A DNA stretch of 64,000 bases, taken from positions 104,506,003 to 104,570,002 of the forward strand of contig NC_057717.1 of the NCBI RefSeq assembly GCF_004010195.1, read 5' to 3'. Below, in pieces: positions 35,632 through 63,300 of this stretch. Made by a program: the position numbers and the translations under genes. This DNA comes from Chiloscyllium plagiosum. Taxonomy: Eukaryota. The notes under the pieces are model-generated. The model was not told the origin of the DNA. It saw only the letters and a program-made list of their open reading frames with translations, and ran no database searches. Numbering within the stretch: the stretch's first letter is position 1; each line of letters begins with the position of its first letter.

Positions 35632-37314
35632 GTGAGTTTGTGAGCTTCCAGCACAGGCTTTGGCCTCCAAGCTGCACCAGTTACTCCTCAAAGCCTCCCC
35701 ATGATCAGCTTTGACAGACCCTGAGCGGGGTTATCTTTTATTTTATTCTCTCTCTTCCCTTCCCCTCCCCCCCCCCCCCCCCATCACCCCCTGATTTAAT
35801 GCCCCTTTTGTGTGAGTGAAAGAGATTTGGGGAGAGGATTGTATCTTGTGGGGGGATGGGATGGGGGAGGAGGAGGTGGTGGTGGTGGGAAAAACCACAA
35901 AACTTTTCTTAAAAAATAAAAACCTGCTGCAAGCTGACCAAGCTCCACTTCCCAAATACTTCCAGAACTTATGTAGCACCCCCACCCTTCCTTCCCCCTT
36001 CCCCCCTATCCCACCTTCCCACTCTTCTGCCTGTTCTCCATCAGTTTTTTTTCAAACAGTGAAAAAATGATGGTGGGCAAACTTGTTTTTTCTTTAAGCT
36101 GTCAGGATATGACCCCCTCCCCATCCCCCCGACTTCAGTCAGAATTGGGTGATTTGTGGAGTAACTGGAAATAATCAAAACACTCATGGACAGAGTGTTT
36201 TGAAGTGATTGTCCATTATGTGTATCTGCAAGCTTAGTCAAAATAAGACACAAACAATTTGTTTGTAATATGCCTGCATTCTGTGTCTTCATTTGCTGAG
36301 AGAGTTAAGTTGTATGCAGTGTTTTATAGTACAGTTCTGGTTTTGGGAACCTCTTGATGATAAAGTTTTTTTAAAATTGTGATTCAGTCAAGTTCAGGTT
36401 ACTTAATACCAAAGGGTAGGATTTTTAAAATTAAATTTTGTTTAAAAATGGAATCCTATGTTTCAATCTCTGGGATTGCTTTGAATGTTCCCAGAAAAAA
36501 GGAAAATTAGTTTGTGTGTTACAGTGTATCTCCAAAAATTCCTATTCAAACCCAGCCCAGTACAACAGGATCAAAGTCCGCATTACAGTCTCTAATCGAC
36601 CTGGGAAGTCTCTATTCAGCTATTCATGGCCACAGGCACACTCCAGCAGATTGCTACTAAATTGGCAGCATGGTTTGATGAAGCTATAGGCTGGAGATAC
36701 TGTAGAGATCCAACAACCTTTGGGGTATAAGACAACTACCTTTCCTCTGCAGCTAACTGACCTTGGTTGGCCTGGGAGTCTTAGTGCTGCCACACTGGAT
36801 ACCAGTTCTGTCTCCCCAGCACTAAACCAATAACCTCACATGGTTAAGTTTATAAAAATGTAAAACTTTGTATAGCTTGTGAGTGACATGACAGTTATTT
36901 TACCTCTTGACAATTACATTCAGTAATTATGTTGATTTCAATTTCCTTCTGAATTGGTCTCTATAGCAGAGCAGGCAAACTACTCTAATACATCCACGTT
37001 CAATTTTCTTGTTATTCTGAAATTGTTTCTGAACTGGAGATTATCTATAATCTTGTGTTTATGTTTACCCTATCTCATTCCTTTTAACATTCCCCCATTT
37101 TCCACACCCCTCCCCACACAACCCTCTTTAAAGGCCACAACTCATGCAATAGAGTTCAATTTTCACTGTTACTGACATTCTCTTTACTTCCATCACGTGT
37201 GTCTCTGTCTGTAAGGATAGTGAATATCAGTGGGTTATTCCAACAACAAAAATGGCAGTGAATGCTTTAGTGTGGGGTTCAGATAAACTCAGCTCAGTGT
37301 TCAAGGTAAACATT

Positions 37315-37862
37315 TGGAGATGCTGCTGTTGGACTGGGTGTACACAGTTTAAAAGTCACCCAACACCAGGTTATAGTCCCAACAGGTTTAATTGGAAGCA
37401 CTAGCTTTCAGAGTGCTACTCCTCCTTCAGGTGGTTATGGAGTACACAATTGTAAGACACAGAATTTATAGCAAAAGTTTACAGTGTAATGTAACTGAAA
37501 TTATACATTGAAAAATACCTTGATTGTTTGTTATGTCTCTCATCTGTTAGAATGACGATGTTAGTTTCTCTTCTTTCATACGTAAATCACAAAACCTTTT
37601 TTTAAAAAGTTACATTCTCAAGTGAAAAAAAGTTTTGAGATTTATGTATCAAAGAAGAGAAACTAACATGGTCATTCTAACAGATGAGAGACTTAACAAA
37701 CAATTAAGGTATTTTTCGATGTATAATTTCAGTTACATTACACTGTAACCTTTTGCTATAAATTGTGTCCTCCACAACCACCAGATGAAGGAGCAGCGCT
37801 CCGAAAGGTAGTGCTTCCAATTAAACCTGTTGGGACTATAAGCTGGTGTTGTGTGATTTTTT
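37315..37862. mobile_element. About 550-bp palindromic Penelope-type element in NACC1 intron 1
   Basis: Arms about 37345-37615 and 37625-37862 are reverse complements; each carries a mutated hammerhead core. Confidence 0.8.
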
Positions 37863-38639
37863 TTTTTTAGCCCTGAAATGTGACTGTGGAGTTTCTGGAG
37901 TGGGGCTCATATGGCTCTATAGGCTTCACCAAATTTCTTAATGGAAACAGATTTTGAATCCAGAAATGTGCCTCTGTGAGATGATCCGCTGTGGGGTAGA
38001 GAGTTTACTGATGCTATGGTGCCATTCCTTACTAGCTCCATCCCTTGGTCACTGTTTGGGGATGAAGGGGCTGTATGAGGGAAGGATGCGTATATCAGAG
38101 AAAGAGAGAGACCAGGGTTCCCAAGAGGTGAAAGGTGATGAAGAAGGAGTCGGATTATTGATCGCTTAAAGGGGAAGCGAGAGATATGATCACTGAAGGG
38201 AGCGGTGAGAGATATGATCCCAAAGGGACTTCGGCAGACCTCATTAAGCAAACCTTTAGTTACATGTTCTAACCTGTCGCTTTGACACCACATTCATGAA
38301 GCCCCTTGGGGTGAGATTACTCCATGCATACATGTTGTTATTCAGAACATTTGCCTGTGATGTTCCTGGATCAACTGAGATGGAGAGGATTAGACTCTAA
38401 ACTGCAGATTTTGGTGTCCTGAGTTGCATAGTTGCATCTGAGCAACTTTCATAATATTTCCACTCTAACTGTGAGAAAACATTGCAATTAAATTAAGTAT
38501 GTACATCCAGATAAATGAGAGAGCAGTTTATGTGGATAATAGCTTTACTAGATGATTACCTGCAACAGCGGGTTGCCTAATGAGTAAGGGGTACCTTGAC
38601 TGAAACCTCGAAGATCCTGAGAGATCTTGACTGGGTGGA

Positions 38640-39196
38640 TCCACCCATGCCAACACAATGATCGAGAAAGCACAACAAAGCCTCTCCTTTCTCAGGAGGC
38701 TAAGGATATTCACCGTGTCCACAAGGACTCTTACCAATTTTTATAGATGCACCACAGAAAGTTTCCTATCTGGATGCAGCACGGCCTGGTAAGGCTACTG
38801 CTGTTCCCAAGACTGCAAGAGAGTTGTGAACACAGCCCCAGTCCATTGACTCCATCTATACTTCCATCTGCCCCAGAAAGGTATCCAACATCATCAAAGA
38901 CCCCCCTCACCCCGGTTACAATCTCTTCCACCCTCTTCCGTCAGGCAGAAGATATAAAAGTTTGAATACAAAAACAAACAGGTTCAAGAACAGCTTCTAA
39001 CGTCTCTGTTATCAGACTTTGGAAAGGACCTGTCAAATGTTGATTCTGATCTCTGTCTCTCTGCGGTTGTAACACTGTATTCTACACTCTGTTCTGCCAT
39101 CCTGATACACTTTGTATGGTATGATCTTCCTGTAGAGCACACAAAACAACACTTGTCACTGTTTCTCGGTACATGAGACGACAATAAATCAAATCA
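38640..39196 (+). mobile_element. 3' fragment of a Rex1/Babar-like LINE
   Basis: Decodes to KAQQSLSFLRRLRIFTVSTRTLTNFYRCTTES, typical of the Rex-Babar RT C-terminus; tail aataaatcaaatca; second 3' UTR copy at about 54830-55072. Confidence 0.65.
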
Positions 39197-40047
39197 GTCT
39201 ATCTTGTGGGAGAATCTAGAACTAGGGGTCACTGGTTCAGAATGAGGCAAAAAAGTTCTCTGAAGAACGAGAGTCTTTAGAACTTCCTTCCTGAAAAGGT
39301 GATGGAAGCTGAAACATTAACTATTTTGAAAGCAGAGGTGAAGAAATTCTTGTTAAGCAACGGGGGTAGGCAGGAATGTGAATGTAAGGTTACAATCAGA
39401 TCAGTCATGATCTATTGGAATGGTGAAGCAGTTTTGAGGGGCTGAATGGCCTACTTTTCTCCTGATTATTGTGTTGTCCATGGCAAAAACAATTTGAGAT
39501 AATTCCTCATTATGTTTATCAGTACTCTGTTAAAGGTTATGGGCTTAATTCTGATTTCTGCAGCACTTGATATATTAATATGCAGGTGGCAGATACTGCA
39601 TTGGATGTGAATAATTAAAGAGCTTCAATGTGATTAAAGATGTTGCTTTTTAACTGCCACAGTTTAATTCCCTCAAGAGTTTTGACAAAAATAAACTCCA
39701 AACTTAGGGGTCTTGTGGCACAGTAATGGTGTCTCTATCTCTGGGTCAAAGGTACAGGTTCAAATCCCGCCTATCCCCAAGGTGTGTTATACTGTATCCA
39801 AACAAGTTAATTCAAACAAAATGAAAATCTCCAAACTGTGAGAGAACCTTTTAATATCCGACTTCAAATGCTACTTCAAATCTTCCATTCTGCATTATGG
39901 CAACCGACCTGAGAGTGAAGATTTTGTACCTTCCTGTCAGCAACCTCACTGCTGCTCAGTTTGATGTTGCAGTCACAAGGTTACAGTTAGGTCCAAGCAA
40001 AGGGAGGACCATCAAATGTCAAGATCATTTTTTAAAAGAATTAAGAC

Positions 40048-40530
40048 TTGAGCATTGCTGAGAAAAGGCACATTTTGTCGAGGTTTTCATCTTGCGCTCA
40101 TCAGGACACTTTGCAAGAAAATCAATTCAAGGGGGAAACCACCATTTATACTACACGCGAAGAGAGTGCTCTTTGGCTGGCAAGTGGACTCTTATTGGTT
40201 GAGGTATTGCACCCATTAATGATGACTGACAGTTAACAGTCAGGCTTTGTTTAAATTTTATCCCAGGCAGGTTGAATCTAACTGGACAAGGCATTGCCCT
40301 GAGACGTGAACCAGTGAATGGCTGTTGCCTGTTTTGTTGAGTTGAATAGGGCATTGTGTTTGTATGTGTTCTTTCTGTCTGCAGAGTGCAGGGTCCTGTG
40401 TGTTAACATATCCATTTAAAAACAGGAGGCAGCTATTGGTTTTCCTCCTGAGCTTGTATTCTTGCGAATTGTCCTGATGAGTGCAAAGCAAACAGCTTTG
40501 ACAAAATTTGTCTTTTTCAGCAATACTCAA
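40048..40530. mobile_element. Element with about 75-bp terminal inverted repeats carrying degenerate hammerhead-like cores
   Basis: ttgagcattgctgagaaaagg... versus ...ctttttcagcaatactcaa; gtcCTGATGA present in both arms. Confidence 0.7.
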
Positions 40531-42414
40531 ATTCTATACTACAAAACAACTAGTTCAAAACTTACTTTCTCTGCAAGGTGAGACTTTTATTTTACCGCAA
40601 ACATTTTTCCTCCCTGTGGAACCTTTCCTGACCTGACTCTTAATAGTCTAGAGAATGTGTGGAAAGACTAGAATCACGCTAACCTCAATATTGAAATATA
40701 GTAAAAAAAAAATCTGTTCCAGGACCAGCAGTCCTAAAAACTGGACTAATCATCCAAGACCATGAACTGTAATCCCACCACGGCAGTTGGGAATTTGAGT
40801 TTATTTTCTTAAATAAAAGTAACCTGGAATATAAAAGTGGCGTTAAGGTGTGGGACTGTCGTAATAACCCAGTTGGTTCACTAATGTCGTCTTACCCACC
40901 TTGGTCAATATGTGACTCCAGTCCTATATGAATACCCCTTGCTAACCTCCATCTGAGGTAAGCTGGAAACTTGGAGACTGGAGTTGATGAATACCCGCAT
41001 TGCCTGAGAAACCATTTCAGCATTCCAGAGACAGAATAATTTGTTTTTTAAACTAGCTTTACTGGATATTTGAACAGGAGTTTCATCCATGTTATAACCT
41101 GTTCTGCCCTCCTGGAACAAACTGGAAATGAAACTGCAGCTACACGTGCCCTTGCATTACTCTGTATGCTGCCTGATTTCAGTGTGCTCACAGACACGAG
41201 CCTACAGAGCGAGGCTGGTGCTGAAGTGTTGAGAGTGTGGTGCTGGAAAACCACAGCACACCAGGCAGCATCCGAGGAGCAGGAGAATCATGTAAAGCGT
41301 GGAGGTTCATTCAGCAGTTCCAATCTTCATGAAATGCCCACCATCACTACCTCAAAAAATGTCTGTCTGGAATTGGTCATTTTGAGTTAAAGTGGTGCTA
41401 AGTCCAAAGATGTGCAGGTCAGGTGAATTGGCCATGCTAAATTGCCCATAGTGTTAGGTGCATTAGTCAGAGGGAGGAGGGTCTGGGTGGGTTGCTCTTC
41501 AGAGGGTCGGTGTGGACTTGTTGGACTGAAGGGCCTGTTTCCACACTGTAGGGAATCTAATCTAAACTGGATGGTCAGGCTGGAGTGACCTGTGAACAAG
41601 ACTTGAAGTCTGAAATTAGTTATTGGAAAGAACTGTAGGAGCAATATACTGCGGTTGCTGGAATCTGTGCTGAAAACAGAAAATGCTGGAAATCACAGTG
41701 GACCAGGCAGCATCCATGGGGAGAGAACAAGCTAACATTTCGAGCTTGTTAGAGACTCTGATGAAGAGTCTCTCTCCATGAATGCTGTCCGACCCGCTGT
41801 GATTTCCAGCAATTTTTGTTTTCACTGTTGGGAAGAAATGTCTATTTCCCGCACCAGAAGAAACCTACCCCAGGTGGGGGGAATAGGTTCCAGCCCCTGA
41901 ACCATGTGTAGCTATCCTGTTGCGGAAAGTGCTGCTGTGTGGAATCTTGGTGATTACCAGTCCGATCTGCTTCTGAAACCACCAGAATCTCTCTATAAAG
42001 AGCAGCATGTTTTCATTCACATAGAGCCTTGTTCTCAGGCCATCAAAATTTGCAACCAATGAGGCTAATTTTTTTTTGCAATAGTGTTGCTACATGGGAA
42101 AGCAAAGCACTCGAGTTCACAAATAGCAATGAGTTAAATATCCAGTTAAAGCTGCTTATTCGAGTTCAATAATTCTGAGGGATGTGAAATCCTGAAGAAA
42201 GAACAGGGATTTTGTTCATCCTTTTCCAAGATGTGGCTGGTGTTTGTAAAGCCTTCATTTAAAACCCAGCCATGTGTTCCTGCACAGTGAGACTACCCAA
42301 ACAGTAATATGATAACCAGCAGTTATTTCAGTGATAGGTAGGCAGGGCCCTCATCCAAGGTATCACCTCTGACAGTGTGGCACCCCATATAGAAAGATTG
42401 GGTATTACTAGTCA

Positions 42415-43098
42415 GCGCAGTGGCTCAGTGGTTAGCGCTGCTGCCCCACATTACTAGGGAGCTGGGTTTTTTTTATATAGAATCCTACCGTGTGGAAACA
42501 GGCTCTTCAGCGCCACAAGTCCAGACCAACGCCTCCGAAGAGTAACCCACCCAGACCCATCCCTCCCCTATTATTCTACATTTATCCCTGTCTAATGTAC
42601 TTAACCTGCAAATCCTTGAACACTATGGGCAATTTAGCATGGCCAATTCATCTAATTTGCACATCTTTGGACTGTGGGAGGAAACCGAAGCACCCAGAGG
42701 AAACCCACGCAGACATGGAGAGAATGTGCAAACTCCACGCAGACATTCGCCTGAGGCTGGAATCAAACCCAGGACCCTGGATCTGTGAGGCAGCAGTGCT
42801 AACCACTGAGCCACCATGTCGCCCTGGGTTCAGTTCCACCTTTGGGTGACTCTGTGGAGTTTGAATATTCTCCCTGTGTCTGCCTGGGTTTCTTCCGGGT
42901 GCTCCAGTTCCCTCCCCAGTACAATTATGTACAGGTTAGGCGGATTGCCCAAAGTGTTTAGGGATGTGTAGGCTAGTTGCATTAACCATGGGAAATACAG
43001 AGAAAGGGTAAGGCGATGGGTCTGGGTCGGATGCTGTTCGGAAGGTTGGTATGGACGTGTTGGGCTGAATGGTCTGTTTCCACACGGTAGGGATTCTA
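42415..43098. mobile_element. + strand SINE with an antisense SINE of the same family (about 42478-42823) nested in its box B
   Basis: ctgggtt duplicated on both sides of the inner copy; the outer SINE resumes at about 42824. Confidence 0.72.
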
Positions 43099-44121
43099 AG
43101 GAGTGAGTGGCAAGGATTTAGCAGATGGAGTGTAATGTGGGAAAATGTGAAGATATTCACTTCAGAAGGAAGAATAAAAAAGCAGTGTGTGAGTTACTTG
43201 GAGAACTAAACTTGAAATCTGAGGTACAGTGGAAATTGTTCTTGTTCACTAGTCACACAACATTGATATGCAGTTACAGCATGTAATTACGAAGTGAATG
43301 AAATTCTATCAATGATTCTGAAACAAATTAAATATGAAAGTAAAGATGTGATTCTTTAGTTATTCAGAGCATTGGTCAGACCAGATCTCGAATTTTGGGC
43401 AGTTTTGGTCTCTTTTAATTAGGGAAGAATGTAAATACATTGGAGGTGGTGCAGAGTAGATTTACAAGATGGATACCTCAAATGATTGTTTGGACAGACT
43501 GGGCTCACTTCCACTGGAGTCTGAAAGAGTGAGGGGGGGTGACTAGGTTGAAGTATGTGAGGTCCTGAACGGTCTTGGCAAGGTGGATGCGGAAAGGATA
43601 TTTTGTGTTGTGAGTCAGTCCAGAATTAGGGCATGCTGTCTTAAGACTAGAGGTCACCCGTTGAGGACAGATATTTAGAGGTACTTTCTCTCTCTCTCTC
43701 TCTCACACTCACACTCACACTCACACACACACACACACACACAAGGGATTCTATATCTTTGGAACTCTCTGCCTCAGAAGGTGGAGTCATTGAATATTTT
43801 GAAGAGAGAGGTGGATAGATTCTTGTTCACCAGGAGAAAGACTGGTCATGGTCTTATTGAATGACAGAACAGGCTCAAGGGGCCAAATGGTCAGTCTGTG
43901 CTCCTATTTCATTCATTCAGATGTGCACTGCACAAAGTGGGTCTGCCTCGATTCTGTGCTCAAATTTCTTGAGTAGGAGCTAAACCCACAACCATTTAGC
44001 CCTGAGTGAGTGTGTCAGACTGAACTTTGCAGGTGAAATGCTACACGTTAAGCATATCAATGCTAATGCATTTGTCTCCTCTTCTATACTAGCAGATACT
44101 GCAGTGTGCTGAGTGGGTACC

Positions 44122-58558
<14,437 letters not shown>

Positions 58559-60054
58559 TGGGAGCTACCGTGGAAGGAAGGGTCAAAGTCCTAGGGTTCA
58601 ATCTAGAATGACCCACAAGTTCCAGATACACTCAAACCTGACCATCTTGTGCACATAAATACTGTCTAGAGGTACAGATACAAAAAACTATTTATTCTGC
58701 ATTGGTGAACATTACAAAATGAAAGGATCTGAGCAGTTGTGGGGGGCGGTGGGAGGAATGACTATATCAAAGAGTTAGGAATTGCACACAGGCTATAGGC
58801 TGTGGGTGACTAGGGCAGATATTAAATGGATATGCCAGCTGTCCAAGGACTCAGCCTAGATTGAACTCTGAACACTAGCAGCCTAGATTAATCCAGCTAG
58901 GTTTGAGCAGCCTATCCAAAATGGAGACGGTTACATTTCTAACTCCCAAATTGATTTCCTTCATGCCTGGCCATCTTTCCCTCTGTGTCTAAAATCTTGA
59001 AGGTGACACCATTCTGCTTTGGCTGGGGGCAGGGGGAAGGATGTGATACCTGGATTTGACACGGGGTTTGTATCTTCCTGAGTGTCCGGCTTTTTGTTTC
59101 ACTATACACTACAATATTATTTAATAATTGTTTTATAAGCTATGGTCTTGAAGGTTTTTAATAACTGCTCTGTTTAACCACAATAATGTTGAACCTTTTG
59201 AAGGCTGCATTGGTAATGCTGCTTACTAGAACCAGTCTGTGCTGATGAATGAGGGCAGATCTCACTCAGAGATTGTTCCCAGTTTTTACCGAAATTGCTG
59301 CAACTGGGATTTTGGGTTGCAATAATTATTTCATTGAATTTCTCTGCTGAATTGTATGATTTGATTTTACTAATGCATCTTTGTAGCTCTTTAAAATTGG
59401 GTTCCAAGTGATTCAACCTCCCCTGAAACCATTCTTTAAAACACACTTAAACAAAGAACTTCAGATGCTGGGGATCTGAAATGAAAGAAAAACAGAAATT
59501 GCTGGAGAAACTCAGCACGTCTGGCAGCATCTGTGGAAAGAGAAACAGAGTTAACATTTTGAGTCCAGAGTTAACCTTTCCTCAAAACCCTCCTTCAAAC
59601 AAAACCTACCTACTTACTACTTGTTGTAACAAATCCACTGAATTCAGTCCAAATCCATTCTCTGCCGTGTTTGTCCCTCACACGTCCCATTAGATGTAAA
59701 ATGAACTTAATGAACAAAACCATGAAATTTTCTGGGTGACAAACAAAACCTGAAGACAGAATCCAGAGCCTTTAAAGCACACCTTCAGGACACAGAAACC
59801 ACAGACCTCATGTCCATCACCTGTCTGTCTTACTCTGTGATACAATACATGGAGAATAGGAGCAGAAATAGGCCATTCGGCCCCTCGAGCCTGCTCTGCC
59901 ATTCAATATGATCAACAGTGAGTGCACTACAATAATCCCCGCCCCACCCAACACCGCCCACACCCCCCGATATCCCTTGATCCCTTTCAGCCACAATTTC
60001 TGATGCTCAGCCTGTTGCTTCATTTTAGAGTGTGGTGTCACCCGAATACACACA

Positions 60055-60111
60055 ACCTCAGATACAATGCATGCACAGACAACACACAGATGCACACGTA
60101 CAGGTGCACTT

Positions 60112-60143
<32 letters not shown>

Positions 60144-60300
60144 CACCTGTACGGACATGCATGCTTACGCAGACATGTTCACACATGCAACGCACTCACG
60201 CAGGCATGTTCACACATGCAGCACACTTACAAATGCCTACAAATACAACATGTGCAGAAATGCAGAACGTGTACAGGCATGTACGCATAGCACATGTGCA
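60055..60300. repeat. (CA)n-rich low-complexity tract
   Basis: Perfect CA run at about 60123-60142 within degenerate cacacatg repeats. Confidence 0.85.
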
Positions 60301-63300
60301 GTAAACATAATGGAAATTTCGCATTTGTGACAAAAATGCACTTCCCAAAAATGATAGATAATTTTCCAGTTCCTTGAAAGATGTGCCTGATTAGTGCCAC
60401 GTCCTGCTCTTTCCCCATAACCTGCAATTTTCTCATTTTCAAATATAACCTTTCCAATTCAAAGTTCCAATTGGGCAATTCTCCTCCTACTCTGAGTATT
60501 CCAGATCACGATAACTGCATGAAATCTATTCTTGTTTTCTTTCTACAGCTTCTTTTGCAAATTACAATCAATCTATGTCTTTCGGTTCCTGACCCATCTA
60601 CCGGTGGAAACTGATTTTTGTTGTTTACTCTCTCAAAACCACTCGATTCTGAACCTTTAATGAATCGGCTTCCTCTTCTGTAACTCATTGTAGTCCTGAA
60701 AATGTATGGCTGGTTGTATACAGTGCAGGCAATGGGTGAGTCTGGGGACTGAGTGGCTTGGTGAGTTAGATAATGGCCTTTTTGGGGACCTATGCTGAGA
60801 CCAGTGGGGTGGTTCAAGGCAAATTCAGTCTGCCCTCAGTGACCCACAGCAGAAAACTGACTCTGATTTAGCACTAGAGAGGGAAATTAATACACACCAC
60901 ACTGGTGCAGCCAAAGAATTATGTTATTGTGTGGGAGGGGTCTACATTGCATCAGGTAGTACTGTACTTGACCAGAGGTTCTTGATGCTAATGATGTATA
61001 TTTTACCCGTCACCATGATTGACACAAAATTAACAAAATGAATTCAGTGTTATCTACTCATATGGGTTATCAAAGCAATCAGTGTGAAACACTGCACGGG
61101 ACAGGCTCAAAATTGTCTAACAGTGTGAAATACTATACAGGACTGACTTCTTGAGATTGTCCAGAGCTTAATTCTATGTAGCTCATCAGTGCATCTCAAC
61201 TCTAAATAAGGCACACATATATTTTAAAAAGTATTAAAATAGTAATCACTTTTTTAAAATTCATTGGATGTATTGAGGTGTCAACTATAGTCATATCCAG
61301 TTTTGCGAGAGGAAGTGGCAGTGGAAAACACTTGGGTAGGGAAAATTCTCTTGTTCTAGAAGATATTATACATTTTGTTTTTAGAGTAATGTTAGCGAAT
61401 TGGTTTGTTACTGAGGCCAAGTAGGCTCTTCAGTCCTGAAAGGTACCTCTCTGCTTTTCTTCTGTCAATCCCTGCACTAAGTGTTGCTCATTGGAACAGT
61501 GTGGATAAAAGAATTGATGTTTAAAGTGTTTGCACGAGATAAGGTCAGCATTGGTGCAGTCAGAAATACTGGGGATGGGGAGGAAAAATTGGTACAGTTG
61601 AAGTTACCCCACCCTCCCTGTCCCCCAACCCAGTGAATGCCTGCCTAGCCCAATATTCAATAGTAAGGGTTTGACTGTAATGATTTGTGTCTACCATTGG
61701 AGGGTGTAGGTTAGAATAAGGTACTGTAATGACATTATTATGGAGATAAGACTGTCAACATCCTGCTAATATCGTTATCATTAGTGCCAGCAATGCCTTA
61801 GTATATTCCATTGTCAAATACATTGTGTCCAAATAGCACATTCTGTGAGGGCTTCCTGTTTTAATTCTGGTTTTCTATCCCAGTCACCTGAGTTTCTGTA
61901 GAAACTAGCAGTCCCATTAAGAAAATTCTGCAATCAGTGAATCCCACCACATCTCTCCATCAATCCTGATTTTTAAAGACCTCCCTAGAGTCAGATTAAA
62001 AGCTGAGGAATTTGGGATTGTTGTCCTACTCAGCAATAGGATATTTTTAGTTTTATGACTTTAAAGGAAGATTTACATTTGGGACACTTTAAACTTACAA
62101 AAGGAACGAAATAACAGACCCTTGTACAATTGTTATCACTTTCCTCAATCCATTCAAGTTTGCAAAAGGCTGTTCTCTCCCAGCCTTCACCAGTTACCTT
62201 GTGACCCCCTTGACAGGCTCAGCTGTTCACTACCTCAGATATGTAGTGATTCTTAAACATGAACATAAACAGGAACATACAAATTAGAAAGAAGAGTAGG
62301 TCATTCAGCTCCTCGATTCACCATTTGATAAAATCCCGGCTGATCTGTGTCTTCAACTCAGCTTTCCTGCTGACCCCGATATACTTAAATTCTTGATTAA
62401 TAAGGGAATCTATCTACCTCTGCCTTAGTCGATATTCAATGACTCTGCCTCCACTGCTTTCTGGGATAGAGAGAGCTCCACAGACTCACGAAAACATTTC
62501 TCCTCATCTCTGTATTAAATAGGAGATTCCTTATTTTTAAAACATGTCCTTTTGTTCTAGTGTCTCACAATGATAAACATCCTTTCAGGATCTACTCTGG
62601 AAAGTGGCCTCACAATCTTCAATAAGATCACCTCTTATTTCTTTCAACTCCAGCCTAACCTATCCGACCTTTCCTTTATAAAATGGTCCGATGCGCACCT
62701 CTGTCTGTTTAACTATGGGGAGCATCACTGCCAGATCTGATGCTGTCCTTGACTGGCCCTGGTATAAAGTAGTTCCCTGGTGGTGATGAGGGTCAGGCAA
62801 ATGGCTTTCCCTTTAGACCTAAAGAACGTAAGAAATAGGAATGGACTATTCAGCCCTCAAGTCTGTATTGCCATTAATTAAGATTGTGGTTCACCTTAAG
62901 TTGCACTGCCACTTTCCTGCCTGATCTCCATATCCCATGATTACTCCAAGTACAAAAGACCCGTTGATCTCACTGCTATCTTCTGGGTAGAGAATTCCAA
63001 AGATTCACAGTCCTTGAGTAAAGAAATTCCTCTTTATCCCAGTTTTAAAGATCAACCTCTCATCCTGTGACAATGCCCTGATTTCTAGATTCTCCAGCGG
63101 GTGGGAAGCATCTCTCCTTATCTCCTCAGATAAACATCTGTATCCTTCCTAGAGTTAGGACACCTAGGGTTAGGATACCCTAACCTTGACTCATCCTGTT
63201 CAAACTCTCCTCATAAGACAATTGTGTCATTCCCAGGATCCATCTAGTGAACCTTTTCTGCTCTAAGGTGAATTTATCTCTCCTTAGATGGGTGAACAAA

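Noticed and set aside
59922..60330. His/Thr-rich ORFs
   Set aside because: Translations of the CA-rich low-complexity tract
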